64,000 nt of DNA from Bdellovibrionales bacterium (GCA_965205945.1 CBDBIB010000002.1:224001-288000); one strand, 5' to 3'. Positions 10,324-20,442 are shown, counted from the stretch's first letter. The notes: generated by a model from the letters alone, not told the origin. Program-made: numbers and translations.

Positions 10324-10836
10324 ATGGTGTCTTTTAATGTTGGTGACAATGCAGTTTATCCTGGTTACGGAGTTGTTAAGGTCACAGCAATAGAGATAAA
10401 AGAGTTTTTTGGAACAAAAGAGATTTTTTATTCTGTAAGGATTGAAGACTCAGGTGCTAAGGTAATGGTCCCTCAAAACCGTGTTGAAGTGGTTGGACTG
10501 CGGTCAATAATTACTGAAAACCAAGCTGTTGAAGTGATTAGTATTTTAAAAGAAAAAGAAACTAAAGTAGATAATCAAACTTGGAATCGTAGATATAGAG
10601 ATTATATGGATAAGATTAAAACAGGCTCTGTATATGAAATCGCTGAGGTTTTAAGAGATCTATTTGTTCTTAAAGTAGGTAAAGATTTATCTTTTGGTGA
10701 AAAAAAGATGCTTGAAACAGCAAGAAATCTTCTTTTAAGAGAATTAACTCTAGCTACTAAGGGAGAAGTTTTAAATTCTGATGAAGTCGCCGCTATCTTT
10801 GGGCTTAATGACACAAAAAAAACAACAGTCCAATAA
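10324..10836 (+). CDS. carD: CarD/CdnL-family RNA polymerase-binding regulator
   Basis: FNVGDNAVYPGYGV, VMVP, WNRRYR, KIKTGSVYEIAEVLRDL, LSFGEKKML. Confidence 0.93.
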   Translation: MVSFNVGDNAVYPGYGVVKVTAIEIKEFFGTKEIFYSVRIEDSGAKVMVPQNRVEVVGLRSIITENQAVEVISILKEKETKVDNQTWNRRYRDYMDKIKTGSVYEIAEVLRDLFVLKVGKDLSFGEKKMLETARNLLLRELTLATKGEVLNSDEVAAIFGLNDTKKTTVQ

Positions 10837-12307
10837 TCTGTCCATTACTAATAAATTAGTACGAGTTCGTTTTGCTCCAAGCCCTACAGGCTATCTTCAT
10901 GTAGGTGGTGCAAGAACTGCATTTTATAATTATGTTTATGCAAAAAAACATGGTGGAACCTTTATTCTTAGGGTGGAGGATACTGATGAAGTTCGTTCTA
11001 CTAAAGAGGCTTTAGTCGCTATGATAAAAGATATGAGGTGGTTAGGTTTTGAGTGGCAAGAAGGTCCTCAAGATGAAAATCTTAATGAGATTGGAGATAA
11101 GGGGCCTTATCTTCAAAGTGAAAGAAAAAGCATTTATAAAAAATATATTCAAAAACTTTTAGACTTAAAAAAGGCCTACTATTGTTTTTTAACAGAAGAA
11201 GACTTAGATATTCAACGCAAAGAAGCTAAGACTTTAAAGCGTCCTTTTAGACCGTGTAGTCCTTATAGAGATTGGACAATAGAACAAGCTAGAAAAAAAC
11301 TAGCCGATGGTGAAACTGCCGCTATTAGATTTAAAAATGATTATGGCAATCAGCTTTTTACTTTTATAGATATAGTTAGAGGAGAGGTGTCACTGCCTTC
11401 TTCAATGATTGGGGACTTTATTATTGCAAGATCTACAGGTGTTCCAGTTTATAATTTTGTATGCGCAGTTGATGATGCTTTAATGCAAATCACTCATGTA
11501 TTTAGAGCTGAGGAGCACTTAAATAATACTTTAAGGCAGCTTATGATTATTAAAGCCTATGGGTTTACTCCTCCAATGTATGGACATATGTCAATTATGC
11601 TTGGAGAAGATAAGCAAAAGCTTTCAAAACGCCATGGGGCAGCCTCAGTACAGGAATTTAGGGAAGAAGGGTATCTTTCAGAGGCCATAAATAACTTTGT
11701 TGCACTTATGGGTTGGAGCTCTCCATCGGGTAAAGAGATTTTATCTTTTGATACTATAGTTAAAGAATTTTCTAAAGATCGTTTAAATTCAGCATCGGCA
11801 GTTTTTGATAAAGAAAAGCTTAAGTGGATGAATGCTCAGTACTTAAGGTCTATGGATCCTAAAGATTTTTGGAAAAATATGACTAAGTATTTAGACCCTT
11901 CTTGGAAATTTCCTAAAGAGGAAGATTGGGTATTAAAATCATATAACACTTTAAAGACTTCAATGAATACATTTAAAGATGGGGTAGAGCTTTTTAAAAT
12001 GTTAAGGCTTGGAGATGAACTGTTTTTAAATGAAGAAGCTAAAGAAGTACTTTTATGGGACACCACTTTAAAAGTTTTAAGTGTTTGGGTTAAAGCCCTT
12101 GAATCTTTAGATAAAGATTATTTTACCACTGGTGATATAGATGAGTTTATGGGTTTAGTAAAAAAAAGGACTGGAGTTAAGGGCAAGAGTTTATTTATGC
12201 CTTTGCGTGTGGCTTTAATTGGAAGAGCTCATGGGACAGAGATTAAAGACCTTATTCCCTTAATTCCTAAAAACGAACTAGTTAGAAGAGCTAAATCATT
12301 ACTCTAA
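10808..12307 (+). CDS. gltX: Glutamate--tRNA ligase; start codon uncertain (10781, 10808 or CTG at 10838)
   Basis: RVRFAPSPTGYLHVGG (HIGH), LRVEDTD, KLSKR (KMSKS), LFMPLRVALIG. Confidence 0.96.
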   Translation: MTQKKQQSNNLSITNKLVRVRFAPSPTGYLHVGGARTAFYNYVYAKKHGGTFILRVEDTDEVRSTKEALVAMIKDMRWLGFEWQEGPQDENLNEIGDKGPYLQSERKSIYKKYIQKLLDLKKAYYCFLTEEDLDIQRKEAKTLKRPFRPCSPYRDWTIEQARKKLADGETAAIRFKNDYGNQLFTFIDIVRGEVSLPSSMIGDFIIARSTGVPVYNFVCAVDDALMQITHVFRAEEHLNNTLRQLMIIKAYGFTPPMYGHMSIMLGEDKQKLSKRHGAASVQEFREEGYLSEAINNFVALMGWSSPSGKEILSFDTIVKEFSKDRLNSASAVFDKEKLKWMNAQYLRSMDPKDFWKNMTKYLDPSWKFPKEEDWVLKSYNTLKTSMNTFKDGVELFKMLRLGDELFLNEEAKEVLLWDTTLKVLSVWVKALESLDKDYFTTGDIDEFMGLVKKRTGVKGKSLFMPLRVALIGRAHGTEIKDLIPLIPKNELVRRAKSLL

Positions 12308-12367
12308 AGGTAGGTTAGGTGTGGGGCTTAGTTTGTAAACTTATAAAAAACTAAGTATGATGGTTAG

Positions 12368-14374
12368 ATGTTTTTATTAGAAACAAAACTTAAACCCTCA
12401 GGAGATCAACCAAAAGCAATTAAAGAAATTGTTGGTAGGTTTAAAGAAGGCATTAAAAAACAAACCTTACTAGGCGTTACAGGTTCAGGTAAAACTTTTA
12501 CCATGGCTAATACAATTCAACAGCTATCTGTTCCAACTTTAATTCTTGCTCCTAATAAGACATTAGCAGCCCAGCTTTATGTGGAAATGAAGTCTCTTTT
12601 TCCAAAAAATGCTGTAGAATATTTTGTTTCTTTTTATGATTATTATCAGCCAGAAGCATATATTCCTTCAACCAATACGTTTATTGAAAAGGACTCAGCT
12701 ATTAATGAGCAGATTGATAGGATGAGGCACTCGGCAACCTATGCGCTTTTAAAACGAAAAGATGTGATTATAGTAAGCTCGGTTTCTTGTATTTATGGAC
12801 TAGGGTCGCCTGATGCATATGAGGGAATGAGTATTGAGTTAAAATGTAATTTTAAACTTGGAAGAGACCAGTTTTTAAGAGAATTATTAAAAATTCAATA
12901 TAAGAGATCTGATGTAGATTTTCATCGTGGGACCTTTAGGGTTAGAGGGGATGTTGTAGATATTTACCCTACCTATGAGGAAGACAGAGCTTTAAGAGTT
13001 GAGTTTTTTGGTAATTTTGTAGAACAGCTTTCATGGATTGATCCTATTAGAGGGAAAACTTTAAAAAGAATTCAGGTTGTATCGATCTTTCCAGGGAGTC
13101 ACTATGTCACCTCTTCAAAGAGACTTAAGATTGTTGTAGATCAAATTAGAGAAGAACTTAGAGAACGTATGGCTTATTATAAAAATCTTGGTGAGGAAGA
13201 GCTTAAAGAGCGTATAGAAAAAAGAACTTTATATGATCTTGAGATGATTGATGAATTAGGGTTTTGTTCAGGAATTGAGAATTATTCAAGATATTTAACA
13301 GGTAGAATAAGTGGAGAGCCCCCGCCAACACTTTTAGAGTATTTTCCTAAGAATTTTTTAACCATCATTGATGAGTCTCATATAACGGTTTCTCAAGTTG
13401 GAGGAATGTATAAAGGTGATAGGGCTAGAAAAATAAATTTAGTAAAACATGGTTTTAGACTCCCTTCAGCTTTAGATAATAGACCTTTAAATTTTTTAGA
13501 ATTTACTAAAATAGTAGATAGGGTTGTTTATGTTTCAGCCACTCCTGGAAAATATGAGTTTGAAAATACTAAAGGCCTTATAACAGAACAAATTATTCGA
13601 CCCACAGGTTTATTAGATCCTTTTGTTACAGTAAGACCTGCAACACATCAAATAGATGATGTTGTAGGTGAGTGTAAGAGAGTGGTTAAAAAAGGTTTTA
13701 GAGTTTTACTGACTACGTTGACAAAAAAAAGTTCAGAAGATCTATCAAAATATATGGCATCTTTAGGGTTTAAGGTTAAGTATTTGCATTCTGATATTAA
13801 GACAATGCAAAGGTCTGATGTTTTAAGAGATTTACGTTTAGGGGTATTTGATATTTTAATAGGTATTAACTTACTTAGAGAGGGGCTTGATTTACCTGAA
13901 GTTGCTTTTGTTGGAGTTTTAGATGCTGATAAAGAAGGTTTTTTAAGATCAGAGAGTTCTTTGGTTCAAACAATAGGTCGAGCAGCAAGAAATTTAGAAG
14001 GTCGTGTGATTTTATATGGAGATAAAATCACTAATTCTATGAAAAAAGCTATTAGTGAAACAGACAGAAGAAGGAAGATTCAAGAAGACTATAATAAAAA
14101 GCATGGAATCATTCCTAAAACTATTATTAAAAACATTAAAACTGGTTTAACAGAAGCTTATATTGATGTACATGGTAAAGATATTGAGGAGGGGGTTTAT
14201 CAACTTAGAGAAAGAGTAGTCTCTTATAAGACTAAAAAAGGAGGGCTTTTAAAAGAGCTTGAAAAATTAAAGAAGAGAATGAAAAAAGCTGCTGACAAAT
14301 TAGATTTTGAGGAAGCTGCAAGAATTAGGGATGAAATAAAACGCCTTCAAATTATAGATTTAGAGCTTTCTTAA
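12368..14374 (+). CDS. uvrB: Excinuclease ABC subunit B
   Basis: GVTGSGKT, YYQPEAY, DESH, GINLLREGLD, QTIGRAARN, C-terminal UVR domain. Confidence 0.98.
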   Translation: MFLLETKLKPSGDQPKAIKEIVGRFKEGIKKQTLLGVTGSGKTFTMANTIQQLSVPTLILAPNKTLAAQLYVEMKSLFPKNAVEYFVSFYDYYQPEAYIPSTNTFIEKDSAINEQIDRMRHSATYALLKRKDVIIVSSVSCIYGLGSPDAYEGMSIELKCNFKLGRDQFLRELLKIQYKRSDVDFHRGTFRVRGDVVDIYPTYEEDRALRVEFFGNFVEQLSWIDPIRGKTLKRIQVVSIFPGSHYVTSSKRLKIVVDQIREELRERMAYYKNLGEEELKERIEKRTLYDLEMIDELGFCSGIENYSRYLTGRISGEPPPTLLEYFPKNFLTIIDESHITVSQVGGMYKGDRARKINLVKHGFRLPSALDNRPLNFLEFTKIVDRVVYVSATPGKYEFENTKGLITEQIIRPTGLLDPFVTVRPATHQIDDVVGECKRVVKKGFRVLLTTLTKKSSEDLSKYMASLGFKVKYLHSDIKTMQRSDVLRDLRLGVFDILIGINLLREGLDLPEVAFVGVLDADKEGFLRSESSLVQTIGRAARNLEGRVILYGDKITNSMKKAISETDRRRKIQEDYNKKHGIIPKTIIKNIKTGLTEAYIDVHGKDIEEGVYQLRERVVSYKTKKGGLLKELEKLKKRMKKAADKLDFEEAARIRDEIKRLQIIDLELS

Positions 14375-16249
14375 ATGAATAAAGAACTGTTTTCTGTAAA
14401 AGATCAAGCTGTTATGATGCCTAATAAACCAGGTGTGTATCTTATGAAAAGCCAAACTGGGGTTATTTTGTATATTGGTAAAGCTAAGATTTTAAGAAAT
14501 AGAGTGAAATCATATTTTACAAAGCAGAAAGGAAGGTCTTTAAGACTTAAGCATTTAATCAAACAAATTATTAAAATTGATTATGTTATCACAACTACAG
14601 AGGTTGAAGCATTTTTACTAGAAGCTTCTTTGATTAAAAAGCATAAGCCTCGCTATAATATTAGGCTTAAAGATGATAAATCATACCCTTATATAAAATG
14701 CAGTTTATCAGAAGAGTTCCCAAGATTTTATGTTTCTAGAAAAGTTTCAAATAACAAAGAAGATCTTTTTTACGGTCCTTTTACTTCTGGGTTTTTGGTT
14801 CGAGAAAATATTAAGTTTTTAAATGGAGTTTATAAAACAAGAGATTGTTCTAATGGTTTTATGAAAATTAGAAAAAGACCTTGTTTAACTCATGAGATAA
14901 AAAGATGTACGGCTCCTTGTGTAGGAATGACAACACAAAGAAAATACAAAAATCAGGTTAAAAAAGCAATTGCTTTTTTAGAAGGGGATACTAAAGAGAT
15001 TTTAAAAGAGGTTGAAAAAAATATGTATAAAGCCTCTTTAAATCAAGAATTTGAAAGAGCGGCTGAATATAGAGATCAATTAGAGGGAGTAAAAATTATT
15101 TTAGAAAAACAAACCGTTATTGCAAGAGAAGATATAAATAGAGATGTTGTTTCTTATGTGACTGATGAAAAAGGCTCTTTGATTTCAATGATTCACACTA
15201 GAAAAGGAAGAGTGTTAGGACAAAAAATTCACTTTTTAAATAAACTTGAAATTGGTGTTAAAGATGAAAACCTAAGAGAAAAAGTGCTGTCTTTTTTAAA
15301 TCAATACTATATAGATAATTTTATTCCAGATGAAATACTACTGGATCAGGATTTAGGCTCAGATTTAACTCGTTTATTTAAAGATGTGTTAAAAGAAAGA
15401 AGCAAGCAGAATGTAGATATCTTACATGTTCCAAATTCTAAGACTAAAGCAATTTTAAATATGGCTAGAAAAAATGCTTTAGAGCATTTAAAAAAATATA
15501 TAGAGAAATTTGATAAACAAGAAAAAGCACTATTTCAGATTAAAGAAAAATTTGGACTTTTACAGATTCCAGAGCGTATAGAGTGCTATGACATTTCAAA
15601 CTTTCAAGGAGATCAATCTGTAGGAAGTCAGGTTGTTTTTAATGCAGGAGCGCCCAGCCCCCAAGACTATAGAATTTATAAAATTAAAACAATTATAGGC
15701 CCTGATGATTTTAATTCTTTAAAAGAAGTTTTAGTAAGAAGGTTTTCTCATAGTGAGTATCAAGATCCACAGTTAATAGTTATTGATGGAGGCAAAGGGC
15801 AGCTTTCAAAAGTCGTTTCGATTTTAAAAGACTTAGGAAGACAAGATCTTGTGGTCGTGGGTTTAGCTAAATCTAGAGAAAAAGGCAATTTTAAAGATTC
15901 AAAGCTTAAAAGAACAAGTGAAAGATTTTTTATATCAGGTCGAGCTAATCCGGTGACATTTAAACTTTATAGTCAAGGACTTAGGATTTTAACAAACATT
16001 AGAGATGAGGCCCATAGGTTTGCTATTGCTCATCATAGAAAACTTCGAGATAAAAAAATGATGGAGAGTGTTTTTTCTAAAATTCCAGGTTTTGGTCCTA
16101 AAAAACAAGCACGATTAAAACAACTTTTAAAGACATCCTCTGATTGGACACTCATTACAGAAAAGAAAATTATGGTAGAAACAAAAACAAGTGCTAAAGT
16201 TGCTAAAGAGATTTTAGTTTACTTGCATGTAATGGTGAAAAAAAAGTAG
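14375..16249 (+). CDS. uvrC: Excinuclease ABC subunit C
   Basis: PGVYLM-YIGKA GIY-YIG domain, RIECYDISN, IDGGKGQL, IRDEAHRFAI. Confidence 0.97.
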   Translation: MNKELFSVKDQAVMMPNKPGVYLMKSQTGVILYIGKAKILRNRVKSYFTKQKGRSLRLKHLIKQIIKIDYVITTTEVEAFLLEASLIKKHKPRYNIRLKDDKSYPYIKCSLSEEFPRFYVSRKVSNNKEDLFYGPFTSGFLVRENIKFLNGVYKTRDCSNGFMKIRKRPCLTHEIKRCTAPCVGMTTQRKYKNQVKKAIAFLEGDTKEILKEVEKNMYKASLNQEFERAAEYRDQLEGVKIILEKQTVIAREDINRDVVSYVTDEKGSLISMIHTRKGRVLGQKIHFLNKLEIGVKDENLREKVLSFLNQYYIDNFIPDEILLDQDLGSDLTRLFKDVLKERSKQNVDILHVPNSKTKAILNMARKNALEHLKKYIEKFDKQEKALFQIKEKFGLLQIPERIECYDISNFQGDQSVGSQVVFNAGAPSPQDYRIYKIKTIIGPDDFNSLKEVLVRRFSHSEYQDPQLIVIDGGKGQLSKVVSILKDLGRQDLVVVGLAKSREKGNFKDSKLKRTSERFFISGRANPVTFKLYSQGLRILTNIRDEAHRFAIAHHRKLRDKKMMESVFSKIPGFGPKKQARLKQLLKTSSDWTLITEKKIMVETKTSAKVAKEILVYLHVMVKKK

Positions 16250-16359
16250 TTTAACTTAATAAGTGAAATCCTTAATTCTTTTTAAATAAAAACATCGACA
16301 TTTAAAATGTATAAGTCTAGAGTGAAAAAAAGATTTAAAAAAATAATTAAAGGCTTAAT

Positions 16360-16722
16360 GTGAAAACTAAGAATGATTACCTTACAAAGATTTTAGGAAT
16401 GAGTTTAACAGGGCCTAAATTGGCTATTAAAAATAGGGTTAAACATAAAAGAGATCAGTATTTATTTTATTGTAATCAAAAAGATTTTAAAAAAAATAAA
16501 GATTTTATTCAAAAAATATTACAAGCAAGTCAGAAAAATAATGAAATTGTTATTACAAATTTAAAAGATCTTAAAAAACTAAATCCACTAGAAGTGTTTA
16601 GTTTTGGAGAGAGGATTCACCTTTTAGGTGTAAAAGTTCAATCTTTTCCAAGTTTTACAGAGATTTTTAAGAATAAAAATATGAAACTCTTGCTTTGGAA
16701 TGAGTTAAAAAAAAGAGTTTAA
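16360..16722 (+). CDS. Hypothetical protein with DNA Pol III psi (HolD)/degenerate UDG-fold-like pattern
   Basis: N-terminal DYLTKILGM, central FIQKILQA, VFSFG, and C-terminal PSFTEIFKNKNMKLLLWNEL follow the psi motif order. Confidence 0.45.
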   Translation: MKTKNDYLTKILGMSLTGPKLAIKNRVKHKRDQYLFYCNQKDFKKNKDFIQKILQASQKNNEIVITNLKDLKKLNPLEVFSFGERIHLLGVKVQSFPSFTEIFKNKNMKLLLWNELKKRV

Positions 16723-16729
16723 GTTATTA

Positions 16730-16950
16730 GGGGCTGTTGATAATTCATCGAGCTTTTCATAACGGTAATCAAATAAAAAGACATAATAAGACTAAGCATG
16801 TCTTTGTAGTTTATATTAATCTTGTTATGCAGGACTTTTTAATACCTAAAAAGTGCTTAAGCCCTGCAAAAGTATTCTTAACAAGAGGCCTGTATTTATA
16901 AAGGTGCTAGTCTATATCTTTGTTCTGAGTCTTTAATTTTTTTTCTAGTA
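16730..16950 (-). mobile_element. Decayed IS5-family (IS427-group) transposase 3' end with right terminal repeat; upstream limit approximate
   Basis: Minus strand reads NKDID*HLYKYRPLVKNTFAGLKHF...NYKDMLSL...I*LPL*, like IS427-group OrfB (DWxLYKYRHLVENxFARLKHF...WLP); ends in ATCAACAGCCCC-TA. Confidence 0.75.
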
Positions 16951-17260
16951 GAACTAGAGTTAAATCCTAAGTTAAAAGTACGTTTTTTCTTTTAATAATA
17001 GGAACTTAGCTTTTTGGGTGAAAACTAGCAGTAGATTTAAGACTTTTATTACTTTTAGAATCTATATTTTATACAGTTTTGTTTTAAAATAAGATTTTAA
17101 AACAAAAAGTGGTATTTAAAAAAAGTTTAATAAATTAAATCGTTTATGGTGCAGTTTATTAGTAAATGCTGTTTTATTAATCCAGAGATAAAATTTGTAA
17201 ATATAAAATAACAGCTGTAAAAAGATTTTACAGTAGAGTGCTAATATACGGCCTTTAAGG

Positions 17261-17277
17261 CTGGTATTGATTTTGCT
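17261..17277 (+). promoter_or_regulatory. Sigma54 (-24/-12) promoter candidate
   Basis: CTGGTATTGATTTTGCT: TGG-N10-GC with TTGCT, 27 bp before the 17305 start. Confidence 0.5.
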
Positions 17278-17304
17278 CTATAGATTCTATCTAGGGGGAT
17301 CATT

Positions 17305-18096
17305 ATGAAAAAACTAAATCCTTTAAAAACTTTATTAATAACAGGGGTAATCTTTTTATTAATAGGTTGTGATAACGGCTCTGAGTCAAATTCTATAACC
17401 ACAGTTCCAATAACTCAGGTTAATTTGTCAGACCATATTAGAAATAATATTAATGAAAACTCATCTTCTGTATTAACAAAACTTTTGCAACTCCATGAGG
17501 ATTTAGATGAGGAGTATTCACGTTTAGATATGGAGCTTAATATAGGTACGGTAGTTGGAAATCATGAAAATATAGATGCCAAGCAGGGTGGAGATATTGT
17601 AATTCATAAAAATCATAGGAATGGTGAGAAATCTTATAGTTATTTTACTTCAGGTGGAAATCATCTTAATGATGTTAAAGAAAACTATTGGAGCTATAAT
17701 TTAGATGATAGGCTTGTTTGGAAAGGTGTGTTTGAAGGTCCAACAGGAACTCTTGTAGTTGTAGTTGATGGTGTTTATGAGTCAGGTGATGGAAATGATC
17801 CCTTTGATGCAATGAGTGGATCTGTTTGGTTTAGACCATGGCCAATTGTTGAAAACACAGGGATTAATCCAAATAAGTGTTATATAAAAGATGGAAGATT
17901 AGATTGTAAAAATCCTGCAGGGCCACTTCGTAGATGTTGGGATATTTCACTAGGCCCGTATGATTGTAGATTTACTGTTTCAGAGGATTCACAAATGGTA
18001 ACGGCTATAGGTAATAAAGAATCTTCTCAGCCATATACAAAAGTAGCAGAATTTATTAACTTAAGTAGAGAAAAAACTTTTAAAGAAACCTATTAA
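17305..18096 (+). CDS. Hypothetical lipoprotein
   Basis: Lipobox LIGC; Cys/Trp motif CWDISLGPYDC; SD-like AGGGG. Confidence 0.7.
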   Translation: MKKLNPLKTLLITGVIFLLIGCDNGSESNSITTVPITQVNLSDHIRNNINENSSSVLTKLLQLHEDLDEEYSRLDMELNIGTVVGNHENIDAKQGGDIVIHKNHRNGEKSYSYFTSGGNHLNDVKENYWSYNLDDRLVWKGVFEGPTGTLVVVVDGVYESGDGNDPFDAMSGSVWFRPWPIVENTGINPNKCYIKDGRLDCKNPAGPLRRCWDISLGPYDCRFTVSEDSQMVTAIGNKESSQPYTKVAEFINLSREKTFKETY

Positions 18097-18114
18097 CAAA
18101 TAAGAAGGTGTAAG

Positions 18115-18702
18115 ATGAAACAAATAATAATTTTATTAGTAGCAGTAATGTTTTTATCTGGATGTGGTGAATCATCAGGTGAAAAAGTAGTTTCTACAAA
18201 TCCTGTAGATTCAAGTGGAAGGCCAATAGAAAAAGCCCCAGATAATGGTAGGAATGATGAAAGTATATTAACTCCAGTAGGTCTAGATGTTACTCCGCTA
18301 GCTTATGGAGAAAGTTTAATTTTTCCTGAAGCTCAAATTCAATTAGGTTTTCAAGTAGGTATTAATGGTGTTTTTTCACAAGGTGAAATAAGACTACTTG
18401 AGACGTTTGGGTATTTAAATTGTGAACTTCCAGTTGGCACTTATACACTTATAACAAGTATTCCAGGCCAGAAGATAATTACTCCTGGTTATAGTGAACC
18501 AATAGTTCATAACTATGGTGGAGTTACTTTAAGTGCTACAGGTCCAGTGTTATTCACAGCTGTTTTAACGCGTTCTTTATCTAGACAAAACCCTAATGGT
18601 GAATGGGTGATGGATGCAGAGTTAAAGTTAAAGTCTGTAAAAGGTGCAACCTGCTCTAATCCAATACCTATTTCTTTTGGAATGCCTAGTAATTTAGATT
18701 AA
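18115..18702 (+). CDS. Hypothetical lipoprotein
   Basis: Lipobox LSGC; beta-rich; two further Cys. Confidence 0.65.
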   Translation: MKQIIILLVAVMFLSGCGESSGEKVVSTNPVDSSGRPIEKAPDNGRNDESILTPVGLDVTPLAYGESLIFPEAQIQLGFQVGINGVFSQGEIRLLETFGYLNCELPVGTYTLITSIPGQKIITPGYSEPIVHNYGGVTLSATGPVLFTAVLTRSLSRQNPNGEWVMDAELKLKSVKGATCSNPIPISFGMPSNLD

Positions 18703-18748
18703 GGATAAAGCTTTTGGATTTTAACCTTTATGTGTGTTATGTTTAATT

Positions 18749-19642
18749 ATGTTGAAATTGTGGGTTGAGTTTTTTCAAGATTTAGAATTAGTGAGAGGAA
18801 GATCTCGCAATACTGTTTCTGCTTATAGAAGAGATCTTATTTTGTATGAAGGCTTTAAGAGTACTTTAAAGCCTATTGCAGGATACTATAATTTTTTACA
18901 AAAAAGCGGTTTATCTACAAGATCTCAAGCAAGAGCAATTTCAAGTTTAAGAACTTACTTAAAGTTTTTAGAGAGAAATGATATATTAGCGCCAGAGCTT
19001 AGGGAGTTAAAACTTCCAAAAGTTGAGAAAAAACCTCCAAAAATAATTTCAATAGAAGAGTTTAATCAACTTGTTCAAGCAGCCACAGGGAAGAATGGGT
19101 CTCAAACTTTAAGAAATCAGCTTTTATTGTATTTAATGTTTGGTTTAGGGTTAAGAGTTACAGAGTTAATATCTTTAGATGTTGAAAGTGTTCAGCTTGA
19201 TGAGGGAACTTTAAGGGTTCTTGGAAAAGGTTTAAAAGAAAGAATCCTTCCCATTAACAATATTCTTTTACAAATGCTATTATCTTATTTAACAGACCAT
19301 AGGAAAGAAATCTGCTTTGATTCAAAGGAGCGTGCTTTAATAGTAAATAAAAAATCTAATAGGCCATCTAGAATTGATATTTGGCGTTGGTTAGAATCAT
19401 GGTCAAAACTTGCAGGTTTTAAAGAAAGCATACATCCACATCAGTTTAGACATGCTTGTGCAACATCGCTTTTAGAAAACGGTGCAAACTTAAGATCCAT
19501 TCAAGTTCTTCTAGGACATACAAGCCTTCAAACTACGCAAATGTATACTGCCGTTTCAAAAGGACATTTAAATAAGACGCTTGATGAGAAGCACCCTTTT
19601 TCTAAAATAAATATGGGTTTAAAAAAATCTTTAAAAAAATAA
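18749..19642 (+). CDS. xerD: Tyrosine recombinase XerD-like (ATG at 18749 preferred over GTG at 18734)
   Basis: SRNTVSAYRRDL, GLRVTEL, GKGLKER, HPHQFRH, GANLRSIQVLLGH, TTQMYT: full R-K-H-R-H-Y set. Confidence 0.85.
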   Translation: MLKLWVEFFQDLELVRGRSRNTVSAYRRDLILYEGFKSTLKPIAGYYNFLQKSGLSTRSQARAISSLRTYLKFLERNDILAPELRELKLPKVEKKPPKIISIEEFNQLVQAATGKNGSQTLRNQLLLYLMFGLGLRVTELISLDVESVQLDEGTLRVLGKGLKERILPINNILLQMLLSYLTDHRKEICFDSKERALIVNKKSNRPSRIDIWRWLESWSKLAGFKESIHPHQFRHACATSLLENGANLRSIQVLLGHTSLQTTQMYTAVSKGHLNKTLDEKHPFSKINMGLKKSLKK

Positions 19643-19698
19643 AAAGTTATTTTAAATAGTTAAGCGGTAATATTAAAGTTATTTAACAAGGTTTTAAA

Positions 19699-20442
19699 AT
19701 GAGTAAATTTGATCAAATTCTTATTTTTACAGATGGTGCTTGTTCTAAAAACCCTGGGTATGGGGGTTATGGTACAGTGATTGTTTACCCTGATGGAAGA
19801 GTAAAAGAGCTTGGTGGAGGTAGAAAAGACACCACAAATAACCGTATGGAGATGATGGCTGTTATTAAAGGGCTTTGTCAGGTAGAAACAGAGAAAGAAG
19901 ATATTTTGCTTCTTACAGATTCAACTTATGTTATTAAAGGGGCTACTCAGTGGATTCTTGGATGGAAGAAGAAAAATTGGCTTAATTCTTCTGGTAATCA
20001 AGTTTTTAATAAAGACTTGTGGCTTAAGCTAGATAGAGCAGTCATTAAAAGAAAATCTATATCCAAGCTTTCTTGGGGTTATGTTAGAGGTCACCAAGGT
20101 ATTCCTGGAAATGAAAGATGTGATCAAATAGGTGTGGCATATTCAAAAAAGCAATTTATTAAACTTTATCAAGGTAATATCTTAAACTATGGTATTGCAG
20201 TTTATGATATTCCTAAAGACTTATCTCTACCTATTAAAAAGACCGGTAATGAGAAGTCTTTTAGTAAAAAGAAAAAAGCTTACTCTTATTTAAGTTTAGT
20301 AAATGGGGAACTTAAAATTCATAAAACATGGCTTGAATGTGAAGCTAGAGTCAAGGGTCAATCAAGTGTTAAGTTTAAGAAATCTATCTCAATTGAAGAT
20401 GAGAAAAAAATAATTGCTGAATGGTTAAGCTTTAAAGATTAA
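19699..20442 (+). CDS. rnhA: Ribonuclease HI with C-terminal hybrid-binding (viroplasmin/Cauli_VI-like) domain
   Basis: FTDGACS, TNNRME, TDSTYV, NKDLW, GHQG, NERCD; C-terminal TWLECEARVKG..KFKK. Confidence 0.92.
   Translation: MSKFDQILIFTDGACSKNPGYGGYGTVIVYPDGRVKELGGGRKDTTNNRMEMMAVIKGLCQVETEKEDILLLTDSTYVIKGATQWILGWKKKNWLNSSGNQVFNKDLWLKLDRAVIKRKSISKLSWGYVRGHQGIPGNERCDQIGVAYSKKQFIKLYQGNILNYGIAVYDIPKDLSLPIKKTGNEKSFSKKKKAYSYLSLVNGELKIHKTWLECEARVKGQSSVKFKKSISIEDEKKIIAEWLSFKD

Noticed and set aside
16060..16249. UvrC second helix-hairpin-helix looks degenerate
   Set aside because: First HhH (IPGFGPKK) and overall length are retained; within normal divergence
18749..19642. Tyrosine recombinase as a prophage or island integrase
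   Set aside because: Size and motifs fit chromosomal XerD; no phage genes or att pair around it
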